This document shows, in pieces, positions 58,126-64,000 of a stretch of 64,000 bases of DNA (the first letter of the stretch is position 1; every line of letters starts with the position of its first letter). The notes beneath the pieces were generated by a model. It saw nothing but the letters and a program-made list of their open reading frames with translations. It did no database searches and was not told the DNA's origin. Source of the stretch: Candidatus Cloacimonadales bacterium (GTDB taxonomy: Bacteria > Cloacimonadota > Cloacimonadia > Cloacimonadales > JAFGVF01); NCBI GenBank assembly GCA_963663475.2, contig CAXXJV010000002.1, forward strand, positions 96,001-160,000, read 5' to 3'. The translations under genes and the position numbers were made by a program.

Positions 58126-60891
58126 CTAAAATTTACTAAAAGGAATAAAGATATCAAACTGATGTTTAGCTGACCTGTTCACAGCATAAGAATATCTAAA
58201 ACCAAGCTTGAATTCTATACTATCAAGCAAGTTGTAATCAAATATCAGCTCATTTCCAAGTGTATTCTGTTCCTGATAAGATGTCTTATTATCAATTGTT
58301 ATAGCAGATTTGGCATAGGCAAGCAGGAAGGAGGTATAAATTCTTTTTAAAAAGATAACATTCTCTATTCCCCGCTCAGGATATAATAAAGGGAGATAAT
58401 ACTTCACTGATGTCTTATATATTCTGTCATGTTCAGGTAAATCGGTATATCCATACACATTGGAAAACATGTTACCAAACTGATATTCATTTGTGTTTTT
58501 CTCTGCTATGAAAGAGTTCTCTAAAAGAATAGAATCACTTTTTCTTAGTCCTTGGAAAGAGAAATCAGCCATTGCGTAAAATTGTTGAGCTTTGTTTTCT
58601 TTCAAAGATTTTTTATAACTAAGCAAATAGTTTTGTCCTAAGGGTGAATAGAAATGATTCTTAGCCCTAATCTTAGAGTAATTAAAGCTTAGGTCGCCTT
58701 TAAAATAGTTTAACTTAAAATCAGCATCATGTACAAAATTTAAAATATTCCTAGCCTTATAACGATCTAAGTGATACAATCCCAGATTTATGTTGAAATA
58801 GCCCTTATAAGAAGCAAATCCGAAATGATAAGGTAACTTTACAGACGAACCATAGGTAATTTCTTCAAATTTATCACTAGTAAAATTAGAGTTTGCATGT
58901 GATATCTCGGACAGAATATTAGGGTAGTGTTTGGACATAACATTGGAAATTGTAGTTTTTATACCCTTGTTAGAAAAGTTAAACTGGCTCTTAGCATGAA
59001 TAGTAAAAGTCCGCATAGGGTTTTGAGAAATAGTGTAAAGAAAAAGATCTTTTTGGTCATAACTAAGACGGACTCTTTTAAAATCAATCAGTTTATAAAA
59101 AGGATTAAGCTTCTTAGCTTTAAAAGTACGCCCATTATCTAGCTTTAAGATATGTGAGCACTCCTGAGTTAAATCTTGGTAGTCATTCCAAAGGATAGGA
59201 GTCCAAAACTCTTCATCTAAATCAACTTGCCTTAGCTGACTTCCCCAGTATCTATTAGACGTAAATACGAGAAGGCTATCTTTAATACTTGCTTGTCCTG
59301 CACTAACTTCAGGGTAAAAAGTCTGATATGCTAAACTATCTCCAAGTGATAAAGCACAGATATTATAGACATTATTTACTGGGTATGAGAAGAATATTTT
59401 ATTATTTGCCACTGTCAAATCTTTGATTGGATCAATAGAATAAGGAGTGATTTTTTCTTGTTTATTTAACTTTAAATCATAGCTATAGATAGCTGATTGG
59501 CCTAAGAAATTTTCTATCACATAGAGTAACTTGTTGTTATTTAACCAAACAAGATCATGAAAAGAATAACAATTAGGATTTGCTATTGCTTTAACAAGTG
59601 AACCATCATTAAAGTCTATTAGCTCAATTCTTTGATCGAAATCTTCATTGTAGGAAACAAGACTTACTAGCTTATGATTAGGCGAGAGCACAGGCTGTAA
59701 GTAGATGTTATTTTCTCCAAGATAACGTTTCTCATTAGTCTTATAATTTAAAATTGCTATCCTAGAGTAGTCTAAATTATCAAAGTTAGGATAGGCAAAA
59801 TTTTGACTCCATAAAATATAAGGCTCAGTAACACTTATCTTATCTGAGTTGCTATAACCTAGTTCAGCAAGATAATTTTTATTTCCCTGCTTATCAATTT
59901 TCACAATTTTAGGGCTTTCTTCAAAACTAGAGTAAAGAGCTATAAGCTCTTTGTTAGGTAATTGATGAGGATGGCTATAAGAAATATTTTTTAGATAATT
60001 TTCCTGGGATAAGAAAGGCTTACTAACATCAGGGGGAAGGGAGTTGATGTCAGATCTAAACTTAGTTTTATAGTAATCATGAGTCTTTTTATAAAACTGG
60101 GCTAAACTAAGACCTGTGTGCTTTTTAAAGGCTGATGAATAAGGAAAAAAGATGTTGTCAAAATACTCCACATCTTTAACAATTTTCTGCCATTTACTAA
60201 GGCCAAACTCAAACATGAAGTAGTCCTGAGCCAGGATACCTAAATAGAGTTGGGATGGTTGCTTTCTCAAATAAGAACTATTTAAAAGCTGATTAATGGT
60301 AAAATCTTGATTATTAAGAGCAAAATCTCTATAATTATCATAAGAATTTAACTCAATTTTCCTTTCAAAAGACTGCATGAGATCAAAGGTTTGGCTTTTC
60401 TCACTAGGATTTTCAAACCAATCTGGATAGAGAGCTTTCTTAGTACTCTGTAAAGATTTTCCTCTTGTGAGATTATAAGTATATTGAAGGAGGTCTTGTT
60501 TTAACTCTGTAAGATTAAGTGAAAGAGGTATATCAGTCAATTGTTGGAGATTATTTAGTGAAATGGGGTCATAATCTAACTTTGCTTGCTTATTTTTTTT
60601 AAAAGAATTCTCAACAAAATTATAGAAATCAAAATTTAGATTCTCCGACATAAATTTAGCATCAATAATAATCCTATCACTTTTAAGTAGAGGCTTCATT
60701 TCTGCTTGTTCGCTAATGATAAACTGTAAAAAAGAGGCTACAAGTTTAGCCCTTTCTTGGTAAGTTACGTCGTAGATTACTTGAGTACTATCAACCTGAA
60801 TATATTGCCATTTAGGTAAATAAAAGAAAGGAATAGCCTGTAAAATAGCTGAGAAAATTATTAAATATATAAGTAAGAATATTCTTCTCAT
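58126..60891 (-). CDS. Secreted protein, probable TolB-like beta-propeller plus C-terminal outer-membrane beta-strand domain
   Basis: Signal peptide, P.LSPN..L and DL.W repeats, aromatic-rich C-terminus ending in F. Confidence 0.6.
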   Translation of the reverse strand: MRRIFLLIYLIIFSAILQAIPFFYLPKWQYIQVDSTQVIYDVTYQERAKLVASFLQFIISEQAEMKPLLKSDRIIIDAKFMSENLNFDFYNFVENSFKKNKQAKLDYDPISLNNLQQLTDIPLSLNLTELKQDLLQYTYNLTRGKSLQSTKKALYPDWFENPSEKSQTFDLMQSFERKIELNSYDNYRDFALNNQDFTINQLLNSSYLRKQPSQLYLGILAQDYFMFEFGLSKWQKIVKDVEYFDNIFFPYSSAFKKHTGLSLAQFYKKTHDYYKTKFRSDINSLPPDVSKPFLSQENYLKNISYSHPHQLPNKELIALYSSFEESPKIVKIDKQGNKNYLAELGYSNSDKISVTEPYILWSQNFAYPNFDNLDYSRIAILNYKTNEKRYLGENNIYLQPVLSPNHKLVSLVSYNEDFDQRIELIDFNDGSLVKAIANPNCYSFHDLVWLNNNKLLYVIENFLGQSAIYSYDLKLNKQEKITPYSIDPIKDLTVANNKIFFSYPVNNVYNICALSLGDSLAYQTFYPEVSAGQASIKDSLLVFTSNRYWGSQLRQVDLDEEFWTPILWNDYQDLTQECSHILKLDNGRTFKAKKLNPFYKLIDFKRVRLSYDQKDLFLYTISQNPMRTFTIHAKSQFNFSNKGIKTTISNVMSKHYPNILSEISHANSNFTSDKFEEITYGSSVKLPYHFGFASYKGYFNINLGLYHLDRYKARNILNFVHDADFKLNYFKGDLSFNYSKIRAKNHFYSPLGQNYLLSYKKSLKENKAQQFYAMADFSFQGLRKSDSILLENSFIAEKNTNEYQFGNMFSNVYGYTDLPEHDRIYKTSVKYYLPLLYPERGIENVIFLKRIYTSFLLAYAKSAITIDNKTSYQEQNTLGNELIFDYNLLDSIEFKLGFRYSYAVNRSAKHQFDIFIPFSKF

Positions 60892-60908
60892 AGAATAGGC
60901 TTATTAAA

Positions 60909-61649
60909 TTATTTAGTAACTGAGTAAATATTTAAAGCAAGAGAAATAGTTGCCAAAAGAGCAGTGTAGATATGCCATGGGAACTCTCGAGGTGGTGGAA
61001 CTACAATAGTATCACCTTCAAAGATAAGAAGTTGGTCTTCAGATGCTTCAACTGTATTAGAAAACCAAAGATCTCTAATTTCAACATCAAAAATCTCTCC
61101 ATTCTTCCTAATTAATCTTATCTCTTTCACATCACGAATATTTTTGATACCACGAGCTAAGGCTAGAGCATCTGTAAGTTTTAAGGGCTCATAAATTTGA
61201 TACTCACCAGGACTTGTCACATAACCAATGATATTAACCTTATGTCCATAAATTTTTTCTACATAGATAGTTACAACTGGAATAGTTACATAAGGGAGAA
61301 GTCGCTTTTCAATTAAGGCCCTTAAAGAAGAGATATTCATACCTTCAGCTCTTATATTTCCTAGTAAAGGATACTCAATACCTCCATCAGGTAAAACTCG
61401 GATAGATTGCTTTGTAAATTCAGCATGTCCCATAACTACTATAGAGATAATATCTCCCTTTTGTAGTATATATTTCTCAGTTTCAAGAACTGCTAAGGTA
61501 TCATTTGGTTCAAGGTCACTAGATATTAAGCCTCTAGCAATATCATCCTTAGTGATTACAGGAATACCTTCATTATCTTCAATCTGTGCAAAGATAGATA
61601 TCCAACTTATTACAAGCATGGCTAATATATATATTCTGAGATTCTTCAT
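60909..61649 (-). CDS. wza: Polysaccharide export protein (Poly_export + SLBB)
   Basis: Y.LQKGD.I, VLPDG.I.YPLLG, GYVTSPG.Y, EGDTIVVP. Confidence 0.85.
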   Translation of the reverse strand: MKNLRIYILAMLVISWISIFAQIEDNEGIPVITKDDIARGLISSDLEPNDTLAVLETEKYILQKGDIISIVVMGHAEFTKQSIRVLPDGGIEYPLLGNIRAEGMNISSLRALIEKRLLPYVTIPVVTIYVEKIYGHKVNIIGYVTSPGEYQIYEPLKLTDALALARGIKNIRDVKEIRLIRKNGEIFDVEIRDLWFSNTVEASEDQLLIFEGDTIVVPPPREFPWHIYTALLATISLALNIYSVTK

Positions 61650-61720
61650 AATTTTACCATTTATTCCTTAGATTTAACATTTAGTCAATATAGTTGATTC
61701 AGACAAATAGTCAATATTTA

Positions 61721-62827
61721 TTATTGAAGCTCAAGTTTAAGATCAAGAAGTTTCTGTTGATATTCTTGAAGTTTTGTTTCCCAGTAAACTTGGCCATTAA
61801 TAGTCTTATAGATACCAGGATAAGTGAAATACTCAATTTTTCTATTCTTCATCTTCTGCACTTGTCTAGCAAGGGGAATAGCTTTTTGAACAGTTAAGTT
61901 AGTTTCTGCTTCCTTTAAAATCTGTCTGCCAATATTACTTGAGGTAAAGAAGTCTTGCTGAGTGAATTTCTTATATAACTCTAACATAAAATCTTTTTGT
62001 CTTTTTATTCTGTTATGGGAACCAGTTTTAAAGTCTATCTTACGCATATCTTTTGATATAAAGGTAATATATAGCCAAGATGTATAACCATCTATAATAT
62101 GTAATCCAGAATTAACATAATACTCCTTAGCGAAACTTTCTGGGATATCAACTTTAATACCACCTAGAAGGTCAATAAAGTTTATCCAGGCAGGTCTATC
62201 TTGACAGAAGTAGTAATCTATCTTTTTATTGGTAATAGTTTGAATACCGCTGACAAGTCCACTAGTACCTTCATAAAGATAAGTTTCGTAAAGTGTTTTA
62301 GTGCCAGAAACAGGGTCAGGTATAGCAGTAAACCAAGGAAGATGACCAGCTAAGAGTAACTCTTGTTGGGGATATATAGTTATTAAGATATAAGTACGGG
62401 GTAGTCCTGCATAGATAATGTTAATCTGAGGAAAGTCTTCCAGCTTTGGCATTTCTGGGTGTTTGACTTGTATTTCAGGTTCTTGAGGTGGGAGACTTAT
62501 TTTTTCTGGAGCTTTACAGGGGATACAGTAAACTTCCCAAGGCCTTATCTCTTTATCTAGGTTTATCTTTGAAAGGTCTGCATTCTTTTTAGCTCCTTGA
62601 GCAGACATAATAAGTTCAAAGAGGGTAGTTTTAACCTGAACTGGGTAAACACCAGGGTCATTAACACAGCCACCTATACCAGCATAAATTATATCATTTT
62701 CTCTGCTACAAGCTCGAAGAGATAATAGAATCAAAATAATGATAATAATTATCATGATAAGTGAAATAATATAAGAAGCTATTTTCCCTCTTGAGACTTC
62801 TCTGGATTTTTTTCTAGATGTCATCAT
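61721..62827 (-). CDS. Membrane-anchored SLBB + LCP (LytR-CpsA-Psr)-like protein (start uncertain)
   Basis: TM helix, GCVNDPGVY...ADLSKINL (ComEA-type SLBB), IDYY...FIDLLGGI.V, RIKRQ, ETNL. Confidence 0.75.
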   Translation of the reverse strand: MMTSRKKSREVSRGKIASYIISLIMIIIIIILILLSLRACSRENDIIYAGIGGCVNDPGVYPVQVKTTLFELIMSAQGAKKNADLSKINLDKEIRPWEVYCIPCKAPEKISLPPQEPEIQVKHPEMPKLEDFPQINIIYAGLPRTYILITIYPQQELLLAGHLPWFTAIPDPVSGTKTLYETYLYEGTSGLVSGIQTITNKKIDYYFCQDRPAWINFIDLLGGIKVDIPESFAKEYYVNSGLHIIDGYTSWLYITFISKDMRKIDFKTGSHNRIKRQKDFMLELYKKFTQQDFFTSSNIGRQILKEAETNLTVQKAIPLARQVQKMKNRKIEYFTYPGIYKTINGQVYWETKLQEYQQKLLDLKLELQ

Positions 62828-63998
62828 AATCATCATCTTCAATGTCAATGTAGTCTGATAGACCTAAGAAGTCTTTAATAATATCTTTACTCCTAGTTAG
62901 AGCATTTTTCTTCTTAACATTCTTATATGATTTTTTGCTTGGAAAAGCATTTTTTAGGGAATTATCAATATTATTAGAGCTCTCATCATCGTATTCGTCA
63001 GGTTTTTGCTTGAACCTTTTTTTCTTTTTCTTAGAACCATCTTCCAGGGTATAGTAATAATATTCATAGCTATAGGAGTAATAATCATAGTAGGCTGTAT
63101 CAAAGATATCTTTCACTATTCCATTGGCAATGAAACCTGAGCAGACGGTATTAACCATGGCTAATTTTCTGATAATTCTATTAATACTTTTAAGGGTTGT
63201 AGTATTTATTTTAGCAGTAAGCAAGGTATAATCTAAATGACTAACAAGCACAGAGGTTTCTGGGAAGTACATATAAGCTGGAGTATCGATGATAACTATA
63301 TCTGCGAAGGATTTAATAGCTTTTATATAATCTCCAAATTTATCACTATGGTAGAGTTTATTGACACTTGGAGGCAGTTTACCTGATGGTAAGATAAAGA
63401 GGTTTTCGAAACGAGTTTCAATGATAGCGTCTTCTAGGTCTACTTGTTCTGTTACTACTTCTGAGAAACCAGGTAGATTTTTGAAATCATAATAACGAGA
63501 CACTCTTGGATTATAAAAATCAGCATCTACTAGCAGTACTTTTGTATTATTTCTAGCTAAAGCAACAGCTAGGTAATTTGAGATAGTAGATTTACCTTCA
63601 CCTTTAATGGAAGAGATAATTCCAACTAGGTTATTCTCTTTGTTCATGATCATATACTTAAAGTTGAGAGCAATCTCATTAAAGACAGATAATACTGAAT
63701 CCTTTAATTGATTGTTTTCCTTAGTGTCTTTCTGAGTAAGAATATCTAAATCCATAGGACTAAAGTCAAGTTTTGGTACAAGACCTACCATAGGTATTGC
63801 CGGAAATTCTTTTTCTAAGGTTTTAACTGTTCTAATTTTGTTATCAAACATATTAAGAAGCATAGCTAAACCAAAGCCAAGACCTAGGCCTAAAATAGTT
63901 CCAATTAATAAGTTTAATTTAAGCTTATTATTAGATGGTTTAGAAGGTACAGTAGCTTGTTCTAATTGAACTATTCTATAAGCATCTATGCTAGAACT
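62814..63998 (-). CDS. wzc: BY-kinase / polysaccharide co-polymerase (partial, 5' end outside window)
   Basis: Frame is open to the window end through a Pro-rich/TM segment; GEGKST, LVDAD, IIDTP, Tyr cluster. Confidence 0.9.
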   Translation of the reverse strand, partial: SSSIDAYRIVQLEQATVPSKPSNNKLKLNLLIGTILGLGLGFGLAMLLNMFDNKIRTVKTLEKEFPAIPMVGLVPKLDFSPMDLDILTQKDTKENNQLKDSVLSVFNEIALNFKYMIMNKENNLVGIISSIKGEGKSTISNYLAVALARNNTKVLLVDADFYNPRVSRYYDFKNLPGFSEVVTEQVDLEDAIIETRFENLFILPSGKLPPSVNKLYHSDKFGDYIKAIKSFADIVIIDTPAYMYFPETSVLVSHLDYTLLTAKINTTTLKSINRIIRKLAMVNTVCSGFIANGIVKDIFDTAYYDYYSYSYEYYYYTLEDGSKKKKKRFKQKPDEYDDESSNNIDNSLKNAFPSKKSYKNVKKKNALTRSKDIIKDFLGLSDYIDIEDDDYDDI

Positions 63999-64000
63999 TA

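Noticed and set aside
1856-61897. Short antisense or nested ORFs of the track (e.g. 1856-2074, 5061-5309, 14136-14372, 31084-31368, 35172-35390, 43687-43986, 48196-48420, 51925-52149, 58927-59142)
   Set aside because: They overlap well-supported genes and show no motifs; expected shadow ORFs.

Overview
AT-rich bacterial chromosomal window. It is most consistent with a Candidatus Cloacimonadota-like anaerobe; this is an inference from several secreted proteins ending in a 'YPNPF...FlgD-Ig' C-terminal domain, a clostridial-type ferredoxin and diderm envelope genes. Contents: LPS/polysaccharide glycosyltransferase and nucleotide-sugar genes (1-4.6 kb, 22.6-26 kb, wzc-LCP-wza at the right end), housekeeping genes (tpx, rpsT, glmS, typA, tldD/tldE, MscS, ABC transporters), a Dna2-like helicase-nuclease, a Septu/PtuAB-like ATPase+HNH pair, and one complete IS21 element inserted in a duplicated, hairpin-rich non-coding region. 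Three items stand out. (1) Two ORFs of the track (6516-7184 and 5064-6467, minus strand) are one reading frame broken by a single TGA that is followed by a GC-rich SECIS-like hairpin, giving a candidate 706-aa secreted selenoprotein or readthrough product. (2) A translationally coupled operon encodes a PqqD/RRE protein, an ATP-grasp ligase, an atypical PLP decarboxylase, a urea-transporter/M23-peptidase fusion and TPR/outer-membrane proteins, with no pathway I can name. (3) A dispersed ~164-bp hairpin MITE family has 3-bp TNA target duplications, compensatory substitutions, G.U-compatible mismatches on one strand only, and the same orientation in every two-ended copy. No rRNA, tRNA or CRISPR array was recognised. 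All calls are by eye; no searches were run.
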